Below, piece after piece: positions 8,496-17,911 of a stretch of 64,000 nt of DNA. The stretch covers positions 83,147 through 147,146 of the IMG/VR virus record IMGVR_UViG_3300020048_000032; one strand, given 5' to 3'. Source of the DNA: a virus. Taxonomy: Duplodnaviria; Heunggongvirae; Uroviricota; Caudoviricetes. Every line of letters starts with the position of its first letter. Position 1 is the first letter of the stretch. The translations under genes and the position numbers were made by a program. The notes beneath the pieces are model-generated. The model did not search any database and had not been told where the DNA came from. It was given only the letters and a program-made list of their open reading frames with translations.

Positions 8496-9772
8496 TACCA
8501 ATGACCTCCTGAACTATTTCCAAAACCATTACCAGTTGAAGGTGATGAATTTGTGGTTGTTATTACATCTGTAGCAGGTGAACTTATCACAGAAGATGCT
8601 GAACCTGCGAATGAAGCATTCTTTACCAAAGAGAGACTCGTTCTGTATCCGCTGCTATCCACAGTGTCTTCTACACCAAGTACAAGATATTTTCCTGAAG
8701 AGTAGTGCACCTTGTTTTTTAATATGATATTAAATTCTAAAGTTTCTCCAACTTGTCTATTTGGGTCACCAATCATTTCACACGATGCATTATATTGCAA
8801 GCTAGCCGCTTTAGAATAAGCCGCTTTTACTGCACTATCTGCTGCCTCGCGGTCTGCAGATGAAACATATAATTGAGAAAAATTATTTTTTGATAACCAT
8901 GTCTTATTGGTATCACGTGTAGGATTTATTAGTTGCGTAGACACCGAAGTATATGTATCTCCATAAGCCTCTGTCATTGTATTAGTTTCTGTAAAACCAC
9001 CACCCCATAATAAGTATGAGCCGAGTGAAGTAGGATTCCAAGACAAGATAGATGACATTGGATGATTATACACTTGCGAACTGCCTGTATCGATGTAACT
9101 AAATGTTCCTGCAGAGATTGACCCTGGTAACATAGATTTAAAATTTACTACTGTATTTCCTTGAATATTTGTTGTGAAATATAACGAATAGAAACCTATA
9201 CCTGTAGTTGCAGATAATGCAAAGGGGATAAGGTCTGAATTTATATATTCCATTGGTGATAAGAAAGAATTTGTAAAAGAACGTTTAATCTGAGTTGTAT
9301 CTTCTATCTCACCCAGTTTCCACTGGTTTGCAGCTGCAATTTTCTTTACAATATCACTAACACGAATATAATCCGTACCATCACTATAATTTGCTGCACC
9401 CGTATTTGTCATGGTGCTTGATTCTTTACTCACCGCGGTAAGCTCTATATTAATAATATTTCCTGCAATAGATGGTGTGTAATCATATACAAAACCAGAA
9501 TATAATCTGGACATGCTTCCTAAACTATAGGAGTACCCATATTGATAATGGATAGCTCTGTCTGTTACAGCATTTCCTAAAAATAATAATTTGGTTTCTA
9601 AATCAAATGCGGTATGGTCAGTAAAGTTTGCGGTCATAGTATTACCTTGCTCACCTGCATATCTTTTCTGTGAAAGTCTCATTAGATTGTTTGGAGGTAC
9701 ACTGTGTAAAAATACCGCGTTATCACCCATACCCATTGAAATTGAAACTTGTACCGCACGTGGATTAGCCAT
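8495..9772 (-). CDS. Baseplate hub protein (T4 gp27 / P2 gpD-like)
   Basis: Position between tube initiator and spike; C-terminal MIGDP...VGET...SGKYLVLGVEDTVDSSGYRTSLSLVK. Confidence 0.7.
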   Translation of the reverse strand: MANPRAVQVSISMGMGDNAVFLHSVPPNNLMRLSQKRYAGEQGNTMTANFTDHTAFDLETKLLFLGNAVTDRAIHYQYGYSYSLGSMSRLYSGFVYDYTPSIAGNIINIELTAVSKESSTMTNTGAANYSDGTDYIRVSDIVKKIAAANQWKLGEIEDTTQIKRSFTNSFLSPMEYINSDLIPFALSATTGIGFYSLYFTTNIQGNTVVNFKSMLPGSISAGTFSYIDTGSSQVYNHPMSSILSWNPTSLGSYLLWGGGFTETNTMTEAYGDTYTSVSTQLINPTRDTNKTWLSKNNFSQLYVSSADREAADSAVKAAYSKAASLQYNASCEMIGDPNRQVGETLEFNIILKNKVHYSSGKYLVLGVEDTVDSSGYRTSLSLVKNASFAGSASSVISSPATDVITTTNSSPSTGNGFGNSSGGHW

Positions 9773-10280
9773 TCTTCCAGCCTCCAGCTCTTACTTCAGT
9801 TCCGCCTAATGGTATTTGACGAGCTTCTTTAAATGACATACTTATGCTGAGAGTGTTCCATAATCCATTTCTAAATATACCACCCCAACTAAATGTGAGG
9901 TCCGTAATAACCCCTCGTAGAGTTACCGCCCCGAGTTTTACTTGAACCTTAGGTTCTTTTATTACATAGTTTTCATAGATAGGCATTGCCATAGACGCGA
10001 GCAAATCTCTCACTTCCGATAAAGGTCGTGCTACATAATCATCTATGATAGTTAACTGTACTGTAACGCTTCTGTTATCACTAGAAGTATATGTTACAAA
10101 TTGACTTGTTCTTCCTAGTACAGTGTCCCCAGTAAAGCTTGGCTGATTTGGTCTCTCACTAATATCTATAGGAGGGAACGGAATGTCAAAAACTTCATTA
10201 GTACGCAAGTCCATTATATAAAATTTTGAAAGCTCTGTCGTATAAGAGGACAGAGGACTTGGTGTCATTTTTGGTGCCAT
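9765..10280 (-). CDS. Tail tube initiator / baseplate tube-like protein
   Basis: Directly downstream of the tape measure gene; VLGRTSQFVTYTSSDNRSVTVQL...PKVQVKLG...RGVITDLTFSW pattern. Confidence 0.7.
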   Translation of the reverse strand: MAPKMTPSPLSSYTTELSKFYIMDLRTNEVFDIPFPPIDISERPNQPSFTGDTVLGRTSQFVTYTSSDNRSVTVQLTIIDDYVARPLSEVRDLLASMAMPIYENYVIKEPKVQVKLGAVTLRGVITDLTFSWGGIFRNGLWNTLSISMSFKEARQIPLGGTEVRAGGWKNG

Positions 10281-10293
10281 AACTTATCCCTCC

Positions 10294-12693
10294 TTATTTA
10301 TATGAAAATTGATTTAATCCTTTATTTGATATCATCTTGCTTATAATAATATCAAGCTTGGTACTTAGCATACCGTTCAAATCATTAATTGAATTAACAA
10401 TTTCGGTCGAGCTATAGTAACTGGTATCTTCTGTGTTTGACTTAGCAACAGCATTATAGCCATTGCCAGTATCACTAGCACCAACTCCACCATAACCTGC
10501 AGCAAGTCCACCAAAAGATGTTCCTGCCCATTGGTTCGGGTTAGTAAATTTACCATTCTGTTTAACACTATAATGTACGTGTGGACCTGTAGCTTTACCT
10601 GTTGCTCCGACAGTACCTAGTTGCATACCAACTGATACAGAGTCCCCAGGTTTAACTAACGCTCTGCTCATATGTTGGAATCGATGTGTTCTTCCTGTAG
10701 CATCACGCACTTCTACGTAATTCCCTGAAGTACTGTTATAGCCAACATCGGTTACTTTACCATCAATAGGTGAAGTGATAGGCGTTCCAGTTTTTGCACC
10801 GTAGTCAACGCCTGTATGGTCGCTACCAAATTGTTTCTTATAAGCCGGTGCCATAAATCCCGCTGTAATTTTAAACGGCGAGGTACCTTTAATATCATTG
10901 TTTGTAAACCAGCCTGAACTATTATTTGCATAATAATCAGATACTGTGAATCCACTATTCTGTCCGTCACTACCGAGAGTAGACCCTGCACTACCCGTTG
11001 TAGATGGTGCTAAGAGGTTTGTCCCTGTAGTGGTTGTACTTGTACTGTCCGAAGTAACGGAGCCTTTCCCGGTGAGCACATTAAATATTGCACCCAAAAC
11101 ATCACCTGCAGATAATTCCTTATCCGAGGTTGATTTTGGTTTGCCCCATCCAAATGCATTTTGTACTACAGCGAAGAAGGTAGCAACTTTTGCACCAATT
11201 TCCGTAAGTTCATTAAAAATGCCATTTAGGATATTCTCCGTGGTAATAGGCGTTGCTGCGATAGAATTAACTATCTCACTCATTATTAAACTTCCTTTAC
11301 CCTCTGTAGATATATTTGAATTCATATCATCTATAGTGGTGAATAGTTTAGATATTACTGTTGGAGTAAACGACCCAAGTACAGTAGAGATGTTACTACC
11401 AAACTGACTTGATAAGTATTCAAAGCCTAAACCTTGTTTATCATTTGCCATATTAGCAGCAGACTGAACTGCATCCTTAAATACTTTTGTAAAGTTACCC
11501 GCGGCGAGCTCATCATATATTTGAGTTATGCTCTTACCACCAGTCATTCCACCGACCTGATATTTTCTAGTTAAATCCCCTAATTTTGTAGGGTCAGTTG
11601 CGGATGTAATAATATCGTTAATCATACCATAGATAGCTTCAACACCGTCTTTAGATAAGCCTAGTGTATCTGCAGCAGCTGTAACGGTTGCTTTTGAGGT
11701 ACCATAACTTGTTGACAATGCTGTTGCTTCCGTAGCAGACTTACCCGCTCTCATTAAGGTCCATGCATTTAAATTCTGTTCTTTGGTGTCACCAACGATA
11801 GCTACGAGTTCATCCAATGACATAGTTGAACTCTTGGAAAGCCCGACTAAGTTATTGAGTAACTCATTTGTTCTCTTAACGGATGAGTTATCCCTGTAAT
11901 ACTGGGTCTTCATTATTTCCCCAATAGGTCCAGAGATATTGTATCCCATTTCTTCTAACCCTACTGCTAGTTCCGCAAATATTTGTCGGTCACTAGTTTG
12001 CATTTCTATAAACCCTTTAAATTGTGAAAGCACATTTTGAAAGGTTGCCATGGCTTCTGTATTTGTTATTCTCACGATGGTTTCTATACCAGTTGGCGAG
12101 GTCAGGTCATTAATCTTACCGGCAGCATTCATAAATAATCCACTGAGTCTACCCGCTTCTGCAGACGTAAATTCTGTTTTATATTTAGTTTCCTTTTGGA
12201 TTTCCTGCATCTTCTTATAGCCTTCAACAAATGCGTTGATAGCTTGTTCAGTTGCCCAAGCAAGTACACCAAATGCAGCTGTAGTAGGATTTATTGCGCC
12301 TGTTAATAGGCCCATAGCATTGGATAAAGTAGCAGACCCTCCAGCAGCAGCCTTCAGCATAGTTGCAGCGGCTTGACCGCCTGTGCTTAGTGCTTTAGCA
12401 GCAAACTCCGGATTATTTGCACCCTTCCAGACTGCAGATATTTTTCCACGAACTGACCCATCCGCACCTAAGCCTCTTGACTCTGCGCGCTGATGGTCTA
12501 ATTCTGTTTCTTTAGCTGCCTTCTTACCTCTACCTTTAACTTCTTTAAAATACTTGGTATCGGCGAGGCGGTCCTCTTCTTTTATTTTAGAAATTCTTTC
12601 TTCTTCATTTCTTCTTTTAATAGTATTTTCAAGAAGTTGCTCGGAAACATCTAGTTGAGAATTTGGTTTTTTATTACCTGAATTTAGCGTCAT
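10294..12693 (-). CDS. Tape measure protein with C-terminal M23 metallopeptidase
   Basis: Ala/Gly-rich helical body; HTGVDY...RFQHMS...GPHVHY M23 zinc motifs; position after the tube and chaperone genes. Confidence 0.85.
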   Translation of the reverse strand: MTLNSGNKKPNSQLDVSEQLLENTIKRRNEEERISKIKEEDRLADTKYFKEVKGRGKKAAKETELDHQRAESRGLGADGSVRGKISAVWKGANNPEFAAKALSTGGQAAATMLKAAAGGSATLSNAMGLLTGAINPTTAAFGVLAWATEQAINAFVEGYKKMQEIQKETKYKTEFTSAEAGRLSGLFMNAAGKINDLTSPTGIETIVRITNTEAMATFQNVLSQFKGFIEMQTSDRQIFAELAVGLEEMGYNISGPIGEIMKTQYYRDNSSVKRTNELLNNLVGLSKSSTMSLDELVAIVGDTKEQNLNAWTLMRAGKSATEATALSTSYGTSKATVTAAADTLGLSKDGVEAIYGMINDIITSATDPTKLGDLTRKYQVGGMTGGKSITQIYDELAAGNFTKVFKDAVQSAANMANDKQGLGFEYLSSQFGSNISTVLGSFTPTVISKLFTTIDDMNSNISTEGKGSLIMSEIVNSIAATPITTENILNGIFNELTEIGAKVATFFAVVQNAFGWGKPKSTSDKELSAGDVLGAIFNVLTGKGSVTSDSTSTTTTGTNLLAPSTTGSAGSTLGSDGQNSGFTVSDYYANNSSGWFTNNDIKGTSPFKITAGFMAPAYKKQFGSDHTGVDYGAKTGTPITSPIDGKVTDVGYNSTSGNYVEVRDATGRTHRFQHMSRALVKPGDSVSVGMQLGTVGATGKATGPHVHYSVKQNGKFTNPNQWAGTSFGGLAAGYGGVGASDTGNGYNAVAKSNTEDTSYYSSTEIVNSINDLNGMLSTKLDIIISKMISNKGLNQFSYK

Positions 12694-12711
12694 AGTGCCT
12701 CCTTACAATTC

Positions 12712-12984
12712 TTATAATGACTTTTGTTGTCTACTTAGTTGTTCTTCCATGATTGCGGTTTCTATTTCATTTACTTTATTTGAAATCAAAACAAGTTCAA
12801 TAGGTGCACGTTCTAAAAGATAATCTGCATCATAGCCAAGCTTAATTAAACCATAAATAAACCCAGACAATTCATACCATTGATTATTTTTGTCAATAGT
12901 CAAAGATTCAATTGTATCATTGACCTTATTGAGCTTTTCAAGAATATTCATTTCAGTATAGTAGTCTGGGTTCATTTTTAACAT
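12712..12984 (-). CDS. Tail/hub assembly chaperone C-terminal part (T4 gp51-like position); probably made as a +1 frameshift extension of the upstream gene
   Basis: No GGAGG RBS before the ATG; its frame stays open upstream to 13053, overlapping the end of the gp26-like gene. Confidence 0.6.
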   Translation of the reverse strand: MLKMNPDYYTEMNILEKLNKVNDTIESLTIDKNNQWYELSGFIYGLIKLGYDADYLLERAPIELVLISNKVNEIETAIMEEQLSRQQKSL

Positions 12985-13015
12985 GTTTAAATATTCTTCT
13001 CGGATATCAAGGGCA

Positions 13016-13807
13016 TTACTCAGAGTCTGATGGACGAAAGAATTCGGTGGACGTCACGTCAACACCTATAGGGGAGACTACGCCACAATTAGAACATTTA
13101 TGGTCAACAGTTAAGTTGATACCATAATCATTCAGTTCATTCCACTTCTTATCGATGTAGGCCAAATCTTTACCGATTAGGTTCTCTACAAGCAATTGAA
13201 AGATAGAACGGTTTGAAGCGGAGTTTTCCTCTGTAATTAAGCCTTTCTCGTCGTCTTCAAACGTAACACTTTTAATTCTTCTAACTTTTAATAAAAGGTC
13301 TTTACATTCTTTAAAAGCCTTCTTTGTTTTTATTTCCATTGTTCGTGCTTCAGCATCTAGTTCATAAACTTCGTGGTCGCTTATAATTCTAAGCTCCAAA
13401 ATAATTTTAGACACTGGCAACGTAATTGTCGAATTTGATAACATTTCTTTAGTCAGGTTCTTAATAGGCAGCTTAGATAATTCTAAGCTAACGTCATTAT
13501 TAGTTCCACATGAGTTACATGTGTACCCAGCGACCATAGAATCTCCGTAGGAGAGTGAACGTAGCATAATAAATAAATATACCTTGTCCTCTGAGGAAAG
13601 CTTGTCCATCTCAAGTGGTTGACCTGTGGTGGCATCTTTCGCACATTCCTTAATAACTAAATCGATGTACTTTATTAAATTAGTACTATTCATCTTCATT
13701 TCTTCTTTGCCTGTAATTGCGCGAAGTCGGACTTCGGCCGGAGAGTAATCTAACAATCCAGCCGAAGGCAACTTAACAATTAATTCAGGTACACTAACTT
13801 TAAACAT
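13016..13807 (-). CDS. Baseplate hub assembly / tail assembly chaperone (T4 gp26-like)
   Basis: DKVYLFIMLRSLSYG..., CNSC and CSNC zinc-finger pairs, C-terminal EFFRP; located between tube and tape measure genes. Confidence 0.75.
   Translation of the reverse strand: MFKVSVPELIVKLPSAGLLDYSPAEVRLRAITGKEEMKMNSTNLIKYIDLVIKECAKDATTGQPLEMDKLSSEDKVYLFIMLRSLSYGDSMVAGYTCNSCGTNNDVSLELSKLPIKNLTKEMLSNSTITLPVSKIILELRIISDHEVYELDAEARTMEIKTKKAFKECKDLLLKVRRIKSVTFEDDEKGLITEENSASNRSIFQLLVENLIGKDLAYIDKKWNELNDYGINLTVDHKCSNCGVVSPIGVDVTSTEFFRPSDSE
13034..13042 (-). other. Candidate +1 programmed ribosomal frameshift site TTC-TTT-CGT
   Basis: In-frame codons F-F-R near the end of the chaperone gene; slipping TTT to TTC enters the open frame of 12712..12984. 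Confidence 0.5.
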
Positions 13808-13841
13808 AGTTTATTTCATCCCTTTCTTGAACTCAATCAAC

Positions 13842-14345
13842 TTACATTTCTGCTTGACTTAATAGACGGCCGCGGTCATAAGACAACGTTACGCTAACAG
13901 ATTTCTTGGTAACATCTTCTCTTGACAATCCACCGTAGTTAATTGTTGCAGGCCATACACCTTCGTATTGCCATACAGAACGGACTTCTCCGTTAATATT
14001 ATATTCAGTTATCTTTGCGGAGCGTTTGTAGTCCGCAGCATAACCCATATAGCCAGTTACGCTATTCATGATTTGTTCTTGCCAAGCGTGAAGTTTTCTT
14101 TCAACATCTGGTCCAATAGCATCATGAATATCTAACGGCATATCGGTAAACGAACGAACACCAGCTTGCTTAACTAAGTCGTTAAAATATCTAGTTTCAA
14201 TTGGTTGAAAAGATTTTTCTAACAAAGCAGCGGTTCTTATGTGGAGTAAAAATTCCTCATCAAAACCTTCGATAGCAATCTTGAAGTGAGACTGTCTCTG
14301 CACTTCATGTTGTCTGGCGTCTAAGAATTTTGCATTAAATGACAT
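13842..14345 (-). CDS. gp19: Tail tube protein (T4 gp19-like)
   Basis: RQSHFKIAI...KQAGVRSF...AWQEQI...YKRSAKI...WQYEGVWP...VTLSYD; directly after the sheath gene. Confidence 0.9.
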   Translation of the reverse strand: MSFNAKFLDARQHEVQRQSHFKIAIEGFDEEFLLHIRTAALLEKSFQPIETRYFNDLVKQAGVRSFTDMPLDIHDAIGPDVERKLHAWQEQIMNSVTGYMGYAADYKRSAKITEYNINGEVRSVWQYEGVWPATINYGGLSREDVTKKSVSVTLSYDRGRLLSQAEM

Positions 14346-14361
14346 AGTGTTTACTCCTCCC

Positions 14362-16098
14362 TTAAGCTTCCAGATTTACATTTATAGTAATCTGAATTTC
14401 TTCAATAGTGAATGTAGGAACTAATTTAACAACACCAATTAACAGCCCATTTTGAATGTCTGTTTGTGTCATCGTATTCATACCCATGAATACTTGGAAT
14501 GAGCTAATCCCACCATCGGTTAAGATGCTATTGAGATATGTAATCATGTCTAGTTTCCAAGAGTCCCATGTGGTTTGGTTGTTTGGTTTATATTGGTATT
14601 TCTTACTATTGATAGTTGCTTGATAAGCAATTTCATCTAGCAACTTTTCTATAGATAAGCTGCGCCTAATGTCTGTAACGGCAGCGGAAGTACGTTGTCC
14701 ATCAATAACCCAGCCAACACTATTATCATAAACAATAGGATTAACTGCAGGGCGGGCAGCACCTTCTACATTGTAGAGGGTATCAACTTCTGCTTGTTTT
14801 AAGACTTTATAAAAATCGCTTACATAAGGAATCGCCATAGCAGAAGTGAATCCTGCAGGTGAAGCCCAACGACTTACTCTGGATGCCGCAGCGTGAACAA
14901 ATAGTGAAGCCATTGAGGCAGGCACTACAACAGCGCTTCCGCTTGATAATCTCATTTTAACACCAGGGTGATAGTATACAATCTTACTATCGATTGGCCA
15001 GGTACCGTCGGCACCAAACAGTGCTACGATATCTGCAACTGCTTTGTCTTCTAAAAAGTCTACTAAGGCAATTGCTTCCTGTCTGGCTCCTGTTAGGATA
15101 ACTAAAGCTTTAACAACTTCTTCCATCTCTGAAGATGCAACAAAGTTTGCAGAAGCAAAAGTGGTTCCAGCAGTGTGTGCAGTTATACAAGAATACTTTA
15201 TACCAGAGTTGATAACTAAATCTCCAACACTATAAGCAACAATTACTTGTACTAAAGCTAGTTTCCCACCAGATAAATCCGTTGCGAATGTCCCTGAAGT
15301 ATGTTCAGATACTGCGTTATAGATAGAGCCTTCATAAGTGACTTTGGAGTTAATAGTATACAATGTACCTGTTGTCCATGCAGTACTGACTGGGTTAGCG
15401 GTCCATGTTGCCCATGAAGAAGGACTTGAAATTTCAGCAAGACCTGGAGCAGCAATTACGTCTAATCTGCCTAGCATAGGAGAATCAAATACACTTAATG
15501 CATCAAGCACGTCTTGAAGAACGAACTGTGACCCGACAACGCCTGCAGCAAAATCTACTGTTTGTACGTCGATGTTTCCAGTAGCACCATTCTTTAATGT
15601 TGCACTGAAGAAAGATGACTTCGCGTTAACATCGGAAACAAAGTCTGCAACTGCTGCTGCAACTTGAATCGATTCTAGCAAAGCATCACTAGCATCATAG
15701 AGAGCTAGAGTTAAGTCGTTAGCGGTTGCTTCTGTGATGATTAAGCTAAATCCATTTTCAAAATCTGAGAACGATTTACCAAACAAATCAACTGAAGCGG
15801 CAGCGCCTGTGTTGTCTAATTCTGCAGCTGAGGCTGCACCATCAACACTAAATTTTAAACGACTGATTGTAATCCCGCCATATACCTTTAAGAAGGATTT
15901 GACGGCATCCAATACTGGATATGATGATGTAGGAGTCCCGAACTTTTCTAAGAGTTCTGCTTCTGTAGTTACTTTGATAGGTGACCCTATCTGGCCTTTT
16001 GGAGATTTAAGTACAATACCAATCTCTAGAGGCAACGTAGATGAAGATGATACTAGAGTATCTTCCACTGTATTAATAATAATACGGCTATTTCCCAT
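14362..16098 (-). CDS. gp18: Tail sheath protein (T4 gp18-like) with two inserted carbohydrate-binding modules
   Basis: SPKGQIG.PI.V...ELLEKFGTP; VVPAS...RWASPAG; VNPI...GQRT; KYQYKPNNQTTW; start at M4 after AGGAGG. Confidence 0.92.
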   Translation of the reverse strand: MGNSRIIINTVEDTLVSSSSTLPLEIGIVLKSPKGQIGSPIKVTTEAELLEKFGTPTSSYPVLDAVKSFLKVYGGITISRLKFSVDGAASAAELDNTGAAASVDLFGKSFSDFENGFSLIITEATANDLTLALYDASDALLESIQVAAAVADFVSDVNAKSSFFSATLKNGATGNIDVQTVDFAAGVVGSQFVLQDVLDALSVFDSPMLGRLDVIAAPGLAEISSPSSWATWTANPVSTAWTTGTLYTINSKVTYEGSIYNAVSEHTSGTFATDLSGGKLALVQVIVAYSVGDLVINSGIKYSCITAHTAGTTFASANFVASSEMEEVVKALVILTGARQEAIALVDFLEDKAVADIVALFGADGTWPIDSKIVYYHPGVKMRLSSGSAVVVPASMASLFVHAAASRVSRWASPAGFTSAMAIPYVSDFYKVLKQAEVDTLYNVEGAARPAVNPIVYDNSVGWVIDGQRTSAAVTDIRRSLSIEKLLDEIAYQATINSKKYQYKPNNQTTWDSWKLDMITYLNSILTDGGISSFQVFMGMNTMTQTDIQNGLLIGVVKLVPTFTIEEIQITINVNLEA

Positions 16099-16131
16099 TA
16101 ATTGCACCTCCTGTAATTCTGGGGATAATTT

Positions 16132-16893
16132 CTATTGGATATCTATGGTTTCAGAGAATATTGTTTCTGATTCCAAGTCAGGCGATTTACCTTCAATATT
16201 AATTTGAATAGTGTCTGCTATACGCGCATTAACATCCCTTGAAAGTGCTGCGTCATTAACTGTAACTGAAATAGTCACTCGATATAATTTACCCACCTCT
16301 GATTCAGTTTCTAATGCAGTATTATCAGCAACTTCATTGTCCATCATCAAACTAAAAATAAAATTAGTTTTTTCTACTTCTGGGATTGTTGCTAAGTCTC
16401 TGAATTTAGGAACTTCAATAAAGGGGTCTCTGATTAAGAGAAAGATTATTTCTTGTGCCAATTCAAATGCCTGATTTTCATCTTTAGTTAATATTTCAAT
16501 ATTATATGGTATATCAACATTAATGATTTGAACGTACCTTGATACTCGAACAGTTACTGGCTCTGGAGTCGGAACTTCAGGTGTAGGAGCTGGTGTACCA
16601 TCATACGTATAATCCACATAATATACCGGAATTTTCGTGTTGAGAACACGATGGGTCATATCAGAAATACTAAACCCTGCAGACTTATGACAGATTATTA
16701 GCGGGAATTTAATTTGATTTTTATTTTCGGTTTTTTGCCGTTTCATTGCATATTCAAATGCTAAATCAAATGGGCTGTATATAACAGGAATAAGTGGTTT
16801 GCCATCTACGTCTGTTATAATAGCGTTTTCTATTTTCTTCACTAGGTATTCGTCATAGGTTCGTACAGTTATATCTGTAACATTGTTACTCAT
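16132..16893 (-). CDS. Tail terminator / sheath stabiliser (T4 gp15-like)
   Basis: IPVIYSP...KFPLI...VDIPYNIEILTK...ELAQEIIF pattern; directly upstream of the sheath gene. Confidence 0.7.
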   Translation of the reverse strand: MSNNVTDITVRTYDEYLVKKIENAIITDVDGKPLIPVIYSPFDLAFEYAMKRQKTENKNQIKFPLIICHKSAGFSISDMTHRVLNTKIPVYYVDYTYDGTPAPTPEVPTPEPVTVRVSRYVQIINVDIPYNIEILTKDENQAFELAQEIIFLLIRDPFIEVPKFRDLATIPEVEKTNFIFSLMMDNEVADNTALETESEVGKLYRVTISVTVNDAALSRDVNARIADTIQINIEGKSPDLESETIFSETIDIQ

Positions 16894-17296
16894 ATAGTTC
16901 TTCACCTCTGTCTCTCACTGCCACATAATCTATCCACATCATTGGTGCACTTTGTGATAATAAATCACTAGCAACCTTTAATGTATAGAGTGGCCTTATT
17001 TTCTCTGTCACTGACCCTAAATCGTTTTTCATAATTGTAGCCACAGTTTTTTGTGTCTTGCCATTATACGTTTCTGGTGACTCTATGGAGATAGCAAATG
17101 TAGATTCATTTTCTTTAATCCTAAGAATATTCATTGCGAGTTTATATGATATGTCATAATTTTGGGTAATATACTCCGCAAATAAAGACTTCATTCCTAC
17201 AACAAACTTTAGTATTACTTTCCGATAAATCTTATCATTTGGTATATCTTCTATAGCTAGTTCAGATTTTTTAATAGTAACAGTAATATTACTCAT
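16886..17296 (-). CDS. Hypothetical protein in the neck/tail-completion region
   Basis: ORF track; translationally coupled to its neighbours. Confidence 0.6.
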   Translation of the reverse strand: MSNITVTIKKSELAIEDIPNDKIYRKVILKFVVGMKSLFAEYITQNYDISYKLAMNILRIKENESTFAISIESPETYNGKTQKTVATIMKNDLGSVTEKIRPLYTLKVASDLLSQSAPMMWIDYVAVRDRGEELYE

Positions 17297-17879
17297 CGGA
17301 TTGTTTTATGAAGCTTGAACCTGAATCAGGTTTCTCTACTTCAGTTGCTCCAGTATCAAGTAATCTATGTGCGACAAGACTTACTATGTAATTAACTTTA
17401 TCGTCTCCACCGAGTACTTTCTCAACTTCGAATGTTTCAATACGAATACTCTCCACTGTCCAATCATATGTTTCTACTTCAAGTAAACATCCCTCGCTAA
17501 TGACCGCCGGGGTTATTTTAACTCCATCCATGTCTATTAGTACTGCAGGATTTTCTCCAGAAAGAGGATAACGATACATAGGACAATCAGCTAAAAGAGG
17601 TTTTGCGTCTGTTGATTCTTTACTCCAACCAAAAAGTTCTAACATCTTTTTAGGTGGTTCGCTTTGAAAGTGAATAAAGTATGGATATTTAACTGCGTTT
17701 TCGTAGGTATATACATCTGATGTTGTATAGTCGCCTAGTACTCTAGTGGTCGGTTGAATTAATTTACATACACGACCATTTAATTTTGCATGCTCCAACA
17801 TAGCTTTTCTAAGCTTGCGCATCTCAAATCTACTCGGACGAAAATCTTGTGCCATTAATTCACCTGCCTTTCTATACAC
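17289..17879 (-). CDS. Neck / head-closure protein (T4 gp14-like, tentative)
   Basis: Position upstream of gp15; ...LELFGW... motif and beta-barrel-like C-terminus. Confidence 0.5.
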   Translation of the reverse strand: MYRKAGELMAQDFRPSRFEMRKLRKAMLEHAKLNGRVCKLIQPTTRVLGDYTTSDVYTYENAVKYPYFIHFQSEPPKKMLELFGWSKESTDAKPLLADCPMYRYPLSGENPAVLIDMDGVKITPAVISEGCLLEVETYDWTVESIRIETFEVEKVLGGDDKVNYIVSLVAHRLLDTGATEVEKPDSGSSFIKQSDE

Positions 17880-17911
17880 TCATATAAGCATCTTTTTTTA
17901 GTAGTTACGCG

